Program-made: the position numbers and the translations under genes
Part shown: positions 26,301-41,300 of the stretch, piece after piece
Layout: the number at the start of each line of letters is the position of its first letter
How positions within the stretch are numbered: position 1 is the first letter of the stretch
From: Squalus acanthias
Lineage: Eukaryota
Length of the DNA: 64,000 bases
Assembly (NCBI GenBank): GCA_030390025.1
Contig: CM059425.1
Coordinates: 164,426,001-164,490,000 of the forward strand
Reading direction: 5' to 3'
Notes under the pieces: generated by a model
Told to the model about the DNA's origin: nothing
Database searches by the model: none
Seen by the model: the letters and a program-made list of their open reading frames with translations, nothing else

Positions 26301-29300
26301 GGAGCAAAACCAAAGGTAACAGAGAAGGTAAAACTCAAATATTTTTGTTGTTGAAGGAGTATTTGGTTCCCTGCAGTAAAACTCTTCAGGTCACCATTCC
26401 ATAAATCAATGACATTTATGCCCTTATTATATTCAAGGCAGTGATGGAAGTTTGTTAAAGGATACCTCTTCACTTAGTGCCAGGGTTAGGATCAGCAGTG
26501 ATACTCCAGTTATTGTCCAAGATTGGAGGACCCCACACTCACACATTCTAAGATTTGGAAGAAACAAAAAATGGTGAGCGTGTGTGGCTTCCTACTTATT
26601 GTTGGGCAGCTGGATAAGAGAAACATTAAGGTACTTGCAACATAAGGAATGTCAGAGCTGAGAAAAGGAAATTTGGCTCATCAAAAACTCATTCCCATCC
26701 CTTCTCCTACCCTCAAAGCATTTTCTTTGTGTTTCTTTAACTATCAGAATGAAAAAATATTTGAAAACATCGCAGGGTTAATATAGTTTAGCACAAGTTC
26801 CAGTTTCCAGATTTTGTAAATTTAATAATTAAACTCAGCTCCATTTAGACAAAATGGCATCTCATTATTTCTCTTTTGTACAGATGTACTGAGGTACTGA
26901 CTAATTATTCTTTAATTGCTCATTGGTTCTCTGTGATTTCCAATGTCAGCGGCGATGTTTTATGGAAATGTAAAGTACAGGTCTAACTAAACCCATCAGA
27001 AGGACGGAACTGTGTGAGATTATTCACCACTCTCTCTTGCATGTTCCAGAAGTGGGATTGACAGACGTCACCTCCCCATCCTTTCCATTGGATAACATGA
27101 CATGTGAGAACCTAAAGGGAGAGAAGGAAAATTGTGCAGTTAAAGGCCATTTGCTACTAATGTAGTTACTGCTGAATTAGTGCTTCAATATTGAGGATTT
27201 GAGGCCTTTGTATATGTGTTCTTGAAATATCTTTGTAATGGTTTAACTACATTTATCGTATTGTTATTACAGAGTATGGCAGAAGGTGACATCCTGGATA
27301 CTCTGTCAGCAGACTTTGTCAGCAGCTCTCCAGCTCAAATTTCAAAATGCTCAGTTGAAACTTCTTGTGCTGCACCACCGCTCTCTATGCAGGAAGAGGT
27401 ATGGCTCCTATCATAAACTGTTAGAGACTGAAGGTGGAGAGGGTTGGGAATTCTTCGGGCCTCTTCCTGCTTCTGGTGTTGCAATCTGATTGGTTAGAGA
27501 TAATCACATGTCCAGTCAGAGCACATGGTTTACAGAGAATAATAAGGAAAGAAAAAGGGTAGATTTTGAAACTGTGTTTGACAGTGTAAAACGGGTGGTA
27601 GTGAATCGCCAGCCCGCTTTACATCGTTCACTATTTTTGATTTCCTTTGACTTCAATGGAAATCAAAATCGGGAGAGGTGTTAAACAGGCTGCTAATTCA
27701 CAACCACCCATTTTACAGTATCGCACAAAGTCAAAATCTACCCAAAGGGCTGGATTTTGTCAATGGGGACGTGATGTAGGCGGGACTCCCACTTTTTGGG
27801 TTGTAGTCCCGTCTCCAACGACTTGTGGCCAACCCACTGTATTTTCCCTTGATTGACCTTGTTAAGCCCGCCCAGCGGGCTTAGCAGGCCAATCAAGGGT
27901 CCCTTGGATACAGGTGACGTCAGCCATTGAAATTTCATCTGTCAAGAGCTTTTGACAGATGAAATTTCAGCGTTTGACAGCTCTGTGAAGCTGTCAAACA
28001 CTGACAATATGATTTCTAACGTGAGTCCCTGTACTTAGACTCAGTTAGAAATCAATCCAGCACAGAAAGCAGAGACTGCAGCTTTTGACAGCTCCGCGGC
28101 CATTCTGCTTTCTGTGCCGGTGAGATTTCTGACTCCCGAGACCTGAAGGACTGACACCTGCAGGAGGAAGTTAAGGTAAGTAAAACTTTTTTCCGCACTT
28201 TACACTTACCTTACACACTTACCTCTGCACACATGCACCCATCACTCACCTGCCCACCGGACATATCGACCCCTCCAACCCCTGCAGACCCACGGTCCGC
28301 CTCGCTAAAACGGTGTGGTTTGGAGCCGTTGGGTAGCCCACACTTCAAGGCTAAGAATAGGGATTAGGCAACAAACTGCCTGTTAACTACCTGTTAACAG
28401 GCAGTTAATTGTCACTAATCCCCTTCCCGCCTCGGGGAGGCGGGTCCCAGCACAGGTCGGGTACCCGCCTCCAGCGAAACTGGCATGCAGGCGGGTTGGG
28501 GGCGGGATGGGTTCGGGACCCCCGAATCTGCTATTTTAACACCCCACACGCCTCCAAACCCGCCTCCACGGGTCAATGAAAATTCTGCCCAAAGACTCTA
28601 CAATGCCACCCTCAATCATTTAGTTATAAAGATGCAATTTCTTTTAGTAGAAGCAGCAAAATATATTTTGTAAATTATGCTTTTTTTCTGTGGATTTTTT
28701 TCTCTCCAATCTGATCACACATTTCCTCAGGCTGATTTCACCCCATTTTCTCCTCTTAGATATCTCTGAGGCCAGAAATTAACTGGGAGCAGCCTCCTCC
28801 TAGATTCATACCACCAGCACTGTTAGTTCATCGGAGAGGGGCACAGCAGGGAGCCAATGACGACACGCTTACTGTTCCTCTCACTTTGCTTGGTACAAAC
28901 CCGGCAGTTAAACAGAGATTGCACCCACGGGACCACCTTCCAGTTCTGACCCTGGCGGAGATTATAGGGAGTTAGCTTGATTAGCATTGGACCAGCGATC
29001 ACCTGCAGCAGTACAGCTGGATCTCAGGCACCCACCTCCCTCGTGCTGCTGTAAACTGTTGTCTGCCAGCTGCCTTCACCCCAAATAATGGGGGCCAATA
29101 GATAAAATTGATAATGTTCTTTCCACCTCTTTGGTGATCCTGTGCACTTCTCTACCCTGTATTGTTTTTGCCCAATGATGCCCAATCCTGTCCTTCTGCA
29201 GGCTAGAACGCCTCCAGTTGGCAGTCTTAAAGCAGGCCATATATGTGCCGGGGAAGTGTGAACTCACAGCACGGGCTCTCCTTGCTCCAGCCTTGCTCCG

Positions 29301-32300
29301 GCTGACATAACTCGCTTTTTTGGGAGTGGCCAACTGCTCCGTCCCTTATAAGGCAAAGTGGAAATTTTCATTCGCGATCAGGACACGGCATATCCAAATC
29401 CATACGCAAAATATGCCTTAATCACGTATTTATGTTTTAGATGTTTTCAAGCTTTCCCTACTTCAGGTGATCAAGTACAGTGGCATCTTTGGTCTCAATG
29501 ACAACAGATTGGATGTAACTAGATTGTACTTGTGAAGACATCTGGCACTCATTCTAATCTCAAGTTGTGTGAAATGACTGTTGTCTTGCCAGCATCAGAA
29601 TGGGATAATGATGCTCCTACCGTAATACAAAGCAAAATAAGTGAAGGAGAGATTCATAGCTCTTCACTTGAATTCACTGAAGCCATTTTTGCAGCTGAGG
29701 CATGAAGTAAAGTGTGGAGGCAGTGAGTTGGGAACAAGATTGGGACTAGAAGTGGAATGGGAATTTAAAATATCAACTTGCGACTTTCGGACCTGCCAGA
29801 ATATCAGGAATGTTAGCTAATTCCTTTACCACTGTTGCAAGTGTATTTCCTATAAAAATAAGAGCTTGAGTTTGTTCTGCCCAAATGGTGAAGCCAACAT
29901 CAAAATCTGAGGCAATTGTGGGGTTTGCAGTTTTTTCAAATCAGGTCAGCAAACTATCTAAAAGCAAGTATTCAGTGTAAGGAGAGTTGAAAATATTCTA
30001 ACTTTATAAGTTGTACTATATTTGCAACGGAAAACTCCAGCACTATATGTGTTTGTAGAATAATAAAAATTGCTGGCCAGTTTAATCTTAATGAAGTCAT
30101 GTAAAAACAATCAAAGCAATTAATAACTTTCAAAGTCCGTGCTGTAAACCACAGTGGTTTACAGATTGCAGTAAATCCCCTTCCCTTCAGATTAGTCAAA
30201 TAGTTGACATCTTATTCCATTTAACAGAGTTCTGAAGGATATTGCTTGTGTGCTGGATCTCAAATTTAATTTAAGTTTACAACTGATATAATATCCCATT
30301 GAAGATCTTCCAGTAAAGGTGGTAGAAATTGTTGTGGAAACCTGGTGTAGCCGAGGACGAACAAGTGAAACTGAAATAATAATTGAAATGATCATTTCTG
30401 TCTTACCAAGGTACCTGTGAAAGTTTCTACAGCTGCCTCAGTTTCTTCAAGTCAAAGTGATGCTAAGGTAAGTGAAAAAAGAGTAAAATGTGAAATACAT
30501 GGCAACTGACAATGACAGTAAAGGAACTGCACAAACAAACCGATTTAGGACACCTTCGCAGATCATTCATCAAATGTCTTTCAGATATCAAAACAGAGCA
30601 GTTCTTTACTCGATTATCCCAACCTGTATTTCTCATATTCCCAAAATTCATCCTTCAATTCAGCAAAATACGAACATACGAATTAGGAGCAGGAATAGGC
30701 CATTCGGCCCTTCGAGCCTGCTCCGTCATTCAATAAGATCATGGCTGATCCGATTACTCCACATTCCCGCCTACCCTCGATAACTTTTCACCCCCTTGCT
30801 TACCAAGAATCTATCTACCTCTGCCTTAAAAATATTCAAAGACTCTGCTTCCACCGCCCTCTGAGGAAGAGAGTTCCAAAGACTCACGACCCTCTGTGAG
30901 AAAAAATTTCTCCTCATCTCTGTCTTAAATGGGCGACCCCTTATTTTTAAACAGTGACCCCCTAGTTCTAGATTCTCCCACAAGAGGAAACATCCTCTCC
31001 ACATCCACCCTTTCCAGACCCCTCAGGATCTTATATGTTTCAATCAAGTCACCTCTTACTCTGCTAAACTCCAGCGGATACAAGCCTAGCCTGTGCAACC
31101 TTACCTCAAAAGACAACCCGCCCATTCCAGGTGTTAGTCTAGTCAACCTTCTCTGAACTGCTTCCAACGCATTTACATCCTTCCTTAAATAAGGAGACCA
31201 ATACTGTACACAGTACTCCAGATGTGGTCTCACCAATGCCCTGTATAACTGAAGCATAACCTCCCTACTTTTGTATTCAATTCCCCTCGCAATAAACAAT
31301 AACATTCTATTAGCTTTCCTAATTACAGGAAACTCTCTTTTAACCGGCACCCAAATAACCGGAAATCTCTCTTAACCGGCAAAATTCTTGAGTAGGTAAC
31401 CAGGGTTTTCCTTCATCTCTCCTTTAAAAATAACTTTAAAAAAAACCCCGAGGCGTTTGCCTTGTATCGGAGCATGTAGATTGGGAGGGGAATGTGCAGC
31501 CCGGGTAGGCAGCGGACACGACAGATGATCAGCTGGCGGTCCCCGGGGCTCGGAGCTCCGAATGCAGGCGCATGTCAGTGTGTACGGGGCTCTCATACAT
31601 TGGGAGATATAACTCTCCGTTATCTGGACTTTTTGATTAACCGGCACCACGCCGGTCCCGTCAGTGCCGGTTAATAAAGAGTTTCCTGTACTTGCTGTAC
31701 CTGCATAGTAACCTTTTGTGATTCATGCACTGGGGCACCCAGATCCCTCTGCATCTCAGAGCTCTGCAATCTCTCACCATTTAGATAATATGCTTCTTTT
31801 TTATTCTTCCTGTCAAAATGGACAACTTCACATTTTCCCACATTATTTTCCATTTGCCAGATCTTTGCCCACTCACTTATCCCTTTGTCGCCTCCTTATG
31901 TCCTCTTCATAATTTACTTTCCTACCTATCTTTGTGTCATCAGCAAATTTAGCAACCATACCTTCGGTCCCTTCATCTAAGTCATTTATATAAATTGTAA
32001 AAAGTTGAGGCCCTAGCACTGATCCCTCGTTACATCTTGCCAATTAGAAAATTACCCATTTATGCCTACTCTCTGTTTCCTGTTAGCTAGCCAATCTTCT
32101 ATCCATGCCAATATGTTACCCCCTACACCATGAGCTTTTATTTTCTGCAATAACCTTTGACGTGGCACCTTATCAAATGCCTTCTGGAAATCTAAGTACA
32201 GTACATCCACCGGTTCCCCTTTATCTACAGCACTTATCTACAGCACATGTTACTTCCTCAAAGAACTCCAATAAATCTCCGCCCTTTTTGAATAAAGGAG

Positions 32301-35300
32301 TTACATTCGCTATTTTCCAATCTAATGGAACCTTCCCCGAATCTAGGGAATTTTGGAAAATTAAAACCAACGCATCAACTATCTCACTAGCCACTTCTTT
32401 TAAGACCTTAGGATGAAGTCCATCAGGACCCGGGGACTTGTCAGCCCGCAGCTCCAACAATTTGCTCAGTACCACTTCCCTGGTGATTATAATTTTCTTG
32501 AGTTCCTCCCTCCCTTCCATTTCCTGATTTACAGCTATTTCTGGGATGTTACTTATATCCTCTATAGTGAAGACCAATGCAAAATACCTGTTCAATTCAA
32601 CTGCCTCCTCCTTATTTTCCATTATTAATTCCCCAGACTCACTTTCTATAGGACCAACGCTCACTTTGTTAACTCTTTTTTCTTTTTAAAATATCTATAG
32701 AAACTCTTAGTATCTGTTTGTTTTTATATTTCTAGCTAGCTTTCTCTCGTACTCTAATATTTCTCTCCCTATTAATCTTTTAGTCATTCTTTGCTTTTTT
32801 TATATTCTGTCCAATCTTCTGACCTGCCACCCATCTTTGCGCAATTATATGCTTTTTCTTTAAGTTTAATACTATCTTTAACTTTTTTAGTTAACCACGG
32901 ATGGTGGGTCCTCCCCTTGGAATTTTTCTTTCTTGTTGGAATGTATATATTCTGTGTATTTTGAAATATCCCCTTAAATGTCTGCCACTGCAACTCTATT
33001 GACCTATCCCTTAACCTAATTTGCCAGTTCACTTTAGCTAGCTCTGCTTTTATGCCCACATAATTGCCCTTATTTAAGTTTAAAATACTAGTCTTGGACC
33101 CACTCTTCTCTCTCTCAAACTGAATGTAAAATTCAATCATATTATGATCGCTGCTACCTCGGGTCGCCTTCACTATGAGGTCATTAATTAATCCTATCTT
33201 GTTGCACAATACCAGGTCTAGTATAGCCTGCTCTCTGGTTGGCTCCAGAACGTGCTGTTGTAAGAAACTATCCCGAAAACATTCCATGAACTCCTCATCT
33301 ATGCTACCTTTGACCATCTGATTTTTCCAGTCTATATGCAGATTAAAATCCCCCATGATTATTGTCGTACCCTTCTGACAAGCTCCCATTATTTCTTCCT
33401 TTATACTCCATCCTACCATGTGGTTACTGTTAGGGGGCCTGTACACCACTCCCACAAGTGACTTCTTGCCTTTATTATTTCTCATCTCTACCCAAACCGC
33501 TTCTACATCCTGGTTTGCTGAACTTGGGTCATCCCTCTCTATTGTGCTAATACCATCATTAATTAACAGAGCCACCGCTCCACCTTTTCCCACCTTCCTG
33601 TCCTTCCTAAATATCATGTACCCTTCAATTTTCAGGTCCCAATCTATGTCATCCTGCAGCCATGTTTCTGTAATGGCTATCAGATCATATTTATTTATTT
33701 CTATTTGCACTGTCAGTTCACCTGTTTTGTTTCGAATGCTACGTACATTCAGACACAAAATCATCTCATACTTTAGCCAAATCCAGTCTGCAAGAATAAT
33801 CCCATCACACCCTTCCAGAAGCAGACCAAACTCTAAACAATGCTTCCAGTCTTTTATTCCAAACATCGTCACAACTGTCTGATCTTTGCCTGCACCGTGC
33901 TTCCCCACATGTGTGAAAAACAAACTAATTCACAAAAACAGATTTTAAATTCACCAATCAGTGATTGTAGAAACTAAAGTCATAATTATCCCACTTCACA
34001 CTCCCAGTGTCGAGGCTGCCCTCCAGGAGGAGGAAGTCGGGAAATTTCCGCTTCAGTGGAAGCAGCAGTTGCTTGGGTTGTTTCAGTAACATATTTCACC
34101 GCTGTCAGAATATGTTTCCGCTGAGGTTTGTCACAAATTGAAAAAATGTCTTTTATCTTTTTAAAGGGTAAAGATGCCATTGACCTGCTTTCAGAAATGC
34201 TCCCATCAGAAGCACCAGACAATTCAGCTCCTAAATACACTGGTCCTGCAGTGAAGGTACAAATGAAAATTGTCTCCTAATACTTTCAGTCTTTGAATAA
34301 GATTCCTGTTACTGCATCATATGTTGTTCGGTTTCTTTGTAGAGCTGATATACATCTGTACACATGAAATCAGTCTGTTGGTAATGCTGTCCTGTCCCCA
34401 GTCCAAACAACAACAACTTGCATTGATATAGTGCACTTAACGTAGTAAAATGTCCCAAGGCGCTTCACAGGAGTGCTTTCAACAAAGTATGACACCGAGC
34501 CACCAAAGGAGATATTAGGGCAGGTGACCAAAAGCCTGTTGAAAGAGGTAGATTTTAAGGAGCGTCTTTAAGGAGGAGAAGGAGGTAGAGAGGCTGAGAG
34601 AAGGAATTCCAGAGCCTTCTCTGTCAACTGCTCTAGGCTTTTACAGGCAGCTTTTTCAGTGTCTTGAATCATTTGATAAATGTTGAGTTGATTCACTTAA
34701 CTCCAATTATCATTTTACTGAAGCACAGAATATGGACATTCAATCTTAATATTTATGTGAATTTTGGTTTTGAATAATTATATTTCTCATATTTTCAGGA
34801 ATCAGATGCTACTAAGAAGAAAGCTGAACGAGTGGGAGAAACTGAAGGATCTATCCCACCTGATTACAGATTTAAAGAGCAACCTGATCCGAAGGTTCGA
34901 TCCAACAATCACTTTGAGCCAAGTCAATAATTGTTTCAATAATTTTGTATTTTCAAAATGTATCCATGTATAGAACATCGAGAAAGAATTCTACAACAGT
35001 CTAATGTAAAAAACAAACACTTAGATAATGTTGTTGCAATAGTAGAAATGATGCTGATATCATAGGTCCTAATGAATCTGACAGAGAATTACAAGAGAGA
35101 AATTGCTGAACAATTAAAACTGAAATCAGTGCATACCAATACCCTCCATTGATTAATCCTGCTACATAATAACTAAATGCCTTTGCAGTTCAACTTAATG
35201 ATCAACTGAGGTTCACACAGTCGTCATGCATCAATGCGCTCTAGAATGCTGAAGTATTTTGCCATATTTATGGCACAGTGGTCAGTTGGTAGCTCCCTTG

Positions 35301-38300
35301 CCTCTGAATCAGAAGCTTGTGGGTTCATGTCGCACTCCAGGGACTTTATAGATATGTGAAGAGAAAAAGATTAGTGAAGTCAAGCGTAGGTCCCTTGCAA
35401 TCAGAATCAGGGGAATTTATAATGGGGAACAAAGAAATGGCAGATCAATTAAATACATACTTTGGTTCTGTCTTCACAAAGGAGGACACAAATAACCTCC
35501 CAGAGAGGTAGGGGTAAATAGGGTCTAATGAGAGGGAGGAACTGAAAGAAATCAGTATTTGTAGGGAAATGGTGTTAGGGAAATTGACGGGATTGAAGGC
35601 CGATAAATCCCCAGGGCCTGATAATCTACATCCTAGGGTACTTAAGGAAGCGGCCCTAGAAATAGTAGATGCATTGCTGGTCATCTTCCAAAATTCTATA
35701 GACTCTGGAACAGTACCCATGGATTGGAGGGTAGCTAATGTTACCCCACGATTCAAAAAAGGTGGTAGAGAGAAAACGGGGAATTATAGACCGGTAAGCC
35801 TGATATCGGTAGTGGGGAAAATGCTAGAGTCCATTATAAAAGATGTAATAGCAGAGCACTTGGAAAACAGTGACAGGATCGGACAAAGTCAGCATGGATT
35901 TACAAAAGGTAAATTGTGCTTGACTAATCTACTGGAATTTTTTGAGGATGTAACTGGTAAAATAGATAAGGGAGAACCAGTGGATGTGGTGTATTTGGAC
36001 TTTCAGAAGGCTTTCGATAAGGTCCCGCATAAGAGATTAGTGTGTAAAGTTAAGGCACATGGGATTGGGGGCAAGGTATTGACTTGGATAGAGAACTGGT
36101 TGGCAGACAGAAGAGTTGGAATAAATGGGTCTTTTTCCGAGTGGCTAGCGGGCTACCGCAGGGATCGGTCCTAGGACCCCAGCTATTCACAATATATATT
36201 AATGATCTAGACGAGGGAATTAGATGTAATATCTCCAACGTTGCAGACAACACAAAGCTGGGTGGGAGTGTATGCCATGAGGAGGATGCCGATAAACTCC
36301 AGTATGATTTGGACAGGTTGGGTGATTGGGCAGATGCATGGCAGATGCAATATAATGTGGATAAATGCGAGGTTTCCACTTTGGTGTCAAAAACAGGAAG
36401 GCAGATTATAATCTGAATGGCAATAGATTGGGAGAAGGGGAAGTGCAACGAGACCTGGGTGTCCTTGTGCACCAGTCGCTGAAGGTAAGCATGCAGGTGC
36501 AGCAGGCGGTTAAGAAGGCAAATGGTATGTTGGCCTTCATAGCGAGAGGATTCGAGTACAGGAGCAAGGATGTCTTGCTGCACTTGTACAGGGCCTTGGT
36601 GAGACCACATCTTAAGTATTGTGTGCAGTTTTGGTCGCCTTATCTGAGGAAGGATGTTCTTGCCATGGAGGGAGTGCAGCGAAGATTCACCTGGCTGATA
36701 CCTGGGATAGTAGGAATGACGTATGAGGAGAGATTGGGTCGATTGGGCTTATACTCGCTGGAGTTTAGAAGAATGAGAGGAGATCTCATTGAAACTTATA
36801 AAATTCTAACAGGACTAGACAGACTAGATGCAGGAAGGATGTTCCCGATGGCCGGGGAGTCCAGAACCAGGGGTCACAGTCTAAGGATAAGGGGTAAGCC
36901 ATTTAGGACTGAGATGAGGAGGAATTTCTTCACCCAGAGAGTGGTGAACCTGTGGAATTCTCTACCACAGAAGGCAGTAGAGGCCAATTCATTAAATATA
37001 TTCAAGAGGGAGTTAGATATATTTCTTAAAGCTAAAGGGATCACGGGATATGGGTAGAAGGCAGGGACAGGGTACTAAATTTGGATGATCATCCATGATC
37101 TCATTGAATGGCGGAGCAGGCTCGAGGGGCTGAATGGCCTGCTCCTGCTCCTATCTTCTATATGTTTCAGCACAAAAATCTAGGCTGACACTCCAGTGCA
37201 GTATGAGGGAGTGCTGCACTGTCAGAGGTGCCGTCTGTTGGATAAGACGTTAAACTCTCTCAAGTGGACGTAAAAGATCCTGTGACACTATTTCGAAGAA
37301 GAGCAGGGGAGTTACCCCAGTGTCCTGGCCAATATTTATCCCGAAATCAACATCACTAAAACAGAAAGATTATTTGGTTATTATCACATTGCTATTCGTG
37401 GGAGCTTGCTGTGCGCAAATTGGCTGCTGCGTTTCCTACCTTACAACAGTGACTACACTTCCAAAAAGTACTTCATTGGCTGTAAAGCGCTTTGGGACGT
37501 CCGGTGGGTGTGAGAGGCGCTATATAAATGAAAGCATTTCTTTCTACCTTGCTGCTTTACCAGCTGCTTTCAATTCTAAATAATGTTGATGCCTCGAAGA
37601 AAAACCTGATGAAGTTTGTTTCTTGCAACAGGGTAAAGGTAAACTGGCCTCTTCAGCCACTGTTCCAGGAGCAAAACCAAAGGTAACAGAGAAGGTAAAA
37701 CTCAAATATTTTTGTTGTTGAAGGAGCATTTGGTTCCCTGCAGTAAAACTCTTCAGGTCACCATTCCATAAATCAATGACATTTATGCCCTTATTATATT
37801 CAAGGCAGTGATGGAAGTTTGTTAAAGGATACCTCTTCACTTAGTGCCAGGGTTAGGATCAGCAGTGATACTCCAGTTATTGTCCAAGATTGGAGGACCC
37901 CACACTCACACATTCTAAGATTTGGAAGAAACAAAAAATGGTGAGCGTGTGTGGCTTCCTACTTATTGTTGGGCAGCAGGATAAGAGAAACATAAAAGTA
38001 CTTGCAACATAAGGAATGTCAGAGCTGAGAAAAGGAAATTTGGCTCATCAAAAACTCATTCCCATCCCTTCTCCTACCCTCAGGGCATTTTCTGTGTGTT
38101 TCTTTAACTAACAGAATGAAAAAATATTTGAAAACATCGCAGGGTTAATATAGTTTTGCACAAGTTCCAGTTTCCAGATTTTGTAAATTTATTGGTTAAA
38201 CTCTGCTCCATTTAGACAAAATGGCATCTCATTATTTCTCTTTCGTACAGATGTACTGAGGTACTGACTATTCTTTAATTGCACATTGGTTCCCTCTGTG

Positions 38301-41300
38301 ATTTCCAATGTCAGCGGCGATGTTTTATGGAAATGTAAAGTACAGGTCTAACTAAACCCATCAGAAGGACGGAACTGTGTGAGATTATTCACCACTCTCT
38401 CTTGCATGTTCCAGAAGTGGCATTGACAGACGTCACCTCCCCATCCTTTCCATTGGATAACATGACATGTGAGAACCTAAAGGGAGGGAAGGAAAATTGT
38501 GCAGTTAAAGGCCATTGCTACTAATGTAGTTCCTTCTGAATTAGTGCTTCAATATTGAGGATTTGAGGCCTTTGTATATGTGTTCTTGAAATATCTTTGA
38601 GATGGTTTAACTACATTTATCGTATTGTTATTACAGAGTATGGCAGAAGGTGACATCCTGGATACTCTGTCAGCAGACTTTGTCAGCAGCTCTCCAGCTC
38701 AAATTTCAAAATGCTCAGTTGAAACTTCTCGTGCTGCACCACCGCTCTCTATGCAGGAAGAGGTATGGCTCCTATCATAAACTGTTAGAGACTGAAGGTG
38801 GAGAGGGTTGGGAATTCTTAGGGCCTCTTCCTGCTTCTGGTGTTGCAATCTGATTGGTTAGAGATAATCACATGACCAATCAGAGCACATGGTTTACAGA
38901 GAATAATAAGGAAAGAAAAAGGGTAGATTTTGAAACTGTGTTTGACAGTGTAAAACGGGTGGTAGTGAATCGGCAGCCTACTTTACATCGTTCACTATTT
39001 TTTATTTCCTTTGACTTCAATGGAAATAAAAATCGGGAGAGGTGTTAAACAGGCTGCTAATTCACAACCAGCCATTTTACAGTATCGCACAAAGACAAAA
39101 TCTACCAAAGACTCTACAATGCCAACCTCAGTCTTTTAGTTATAAAGATGCAATTTTTTTTAGTCGAAGCAGCAAAATATATTTTGTAAATTATGCTTTT
39201 TTACTGTGGATTTTTTACTCTCCAATCAGATCACACATTTCCTCAGGCCGATTTCACCCCATTTTCTCCTCTTCGATATCTCTGAGGCCAGAAATTAATT
39301 GGGAACGGCCTCCTCCTAGATTCATACCACCAGCACTGTTAGTTCATCAGAGAGGGGCACAGCAGGGAGCCAATGATGACACGCTTACTGTTCCTCTCAC
39401 TTTGCTTGGTACAAACCCGGCAGTTAAACAGAGATTGCACCCAAGGGGCCACCTTCCAGTTCTGACCCTGGCGGAGATTATAGGGAGTTAGCTTGATTAG
39501 CATTGGACCAGCGATCACCTGCAGCAGTACAGCTGGATCTCAGGCACCCACCTCCCCCGTGCTGCTGTAAACTGTTGTCTGCCAGCTGCCTTCACCCCAA
39601 ATAATGGGGGCCAATAGATAAAATTGAAAATGCTCTTTCTACCTCTTTGGAGGTCCTGTCCACTTCTCTACCCTGTATTGTTTTCGCCCAATGGTGCCCA
39701 ATCCTGTCCTTCTGCAGGCCAGAATGACTCCAGTTGGCAGTCTTAAAGCAGGCCATATATGTGCCGGGGAAGTGTGAACTCACAGCATGGGCACTCCTTG
39801 CTCCAGCCTTGCTCCGGCTGACATAACTCGCTTTTTTGGGAGTGGCCAACTGCTCCGTCCCTTATAAGGCAAAGTGGAAATTTTCATTCGAGGTCAGGAC
39901 ACGGCATATCCAAATCCATATGAAAAATATGCCTTAATCACGTATTTATGTTTTCAAGCTTTCCCTACTTTAGGTGATCAGGTACAGTGGCATCGTTAGT
40001 CTCAATGACAACAGATTGGATGTAACTAGATTGTACTTGTGAAGACATCTAGCACTCATTCTAATCTCAAGTTGTGTGAAATGACTGTTGTGTTGCCAGC
40101 ATCAGAATGGGATAATGATGCTCCTACCGCAATACGAAGCAAAATAAGTGAAGGAGAGATTCACAGCTCTTCACTTGAATTCACTGAAGCCATTTTTGCA
40201 GCTGAGGCATGAAGTAAAGTGTGGAGGCAGTGAGTTGGGAACAAGATTGGGACTAGAAGTGGAATGGGAATTTAAAATATCAAATTGCGACTTTCGGACC
40301 TGCCAGAATATAAGGAATGTTAGCTAATTCCTTTACCACTGTCGCAAGTGTATTTCCTTTAAAAATAAAAGCTTGAGTTTGTTCTGCCCAAATGGAGAAG
40401 CCAACATCAAAATCTGAGGCAATTGTGTATTTTCAAATCAGGTCAGCAAACTATCTAAAAACAAGTACTCAGTGTAATGAGAGTTGGAAAATATTCTTAC
40501 TTTATAAGTTGTACTATACTTGCAACAGAAAACTCCAGCACTATGTGCTTGTAGAATAATAAAAATTGCTGTGCAGCTTAATCTGAATAAAGTAGTGTAA
40601 AAACAATCAAAGGAATTAGTAACTTTCATAGTCCGTGCTGCAAACCGCAGTGGTTTACAGATTGCAGTAAATCCCCTTCCCTTCAGATTAGTCAAATAGT
40701 TGACATCTTATTCCATTTAACAGAGTTCTGAAGGATATTGCTTGTTTGCTGGATCTCAAATTTAATTTAAGTTTACAACTGATAAAATATCCCATTGGAG
40801 ATCTTCCAGTAAAGGTGGTAGAAATTGTTCTGGAAACCTGGGGTAGCTGAGGACGAACAAGTGAAACTGAAATAATAATTGAAATGATCATTTCTGTCTT
40901 ACCAAGGTACCTGTGAAAGTTTCTACAGCTGCCTCAGTTTCTTCAAGTCAAAGTGATGCTAAGGTAAGTGAAAAAAGAGTAAAATGTGAAATACATGGCA
41001 ACTGACAATGACAGTAAAGGAACTGCACAAACAAACCGATTTAGGACACCTTCGCAGATCATTCATCAAATGTCTTTCAGATATCAAAACAGAGCAGTTC
41101 TGAACTCAATAACCCAACCTGTGTTTCCCATATTCCCAAAATTCAGCAAAATCATCTCATACTTTAGCCAAATCCAGGCTGCAGGAATAATCCCATCACA
41201 CCCTTCCAGAAGCAGACCAAACTCTCAACAATGCTTCCAGTCTTTTATTCCAAACATCATCACAACTGTCTGATCTTTGCCTGCACCGTGCTTCCCCACA

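Noticed and set aside
32784..33923. 379-aa ORF as a host endonuclease gene or fusion
   Set aside because: CR1 APE domain reading from antisense intron sequence by chance; the element is truncated and frameshifted
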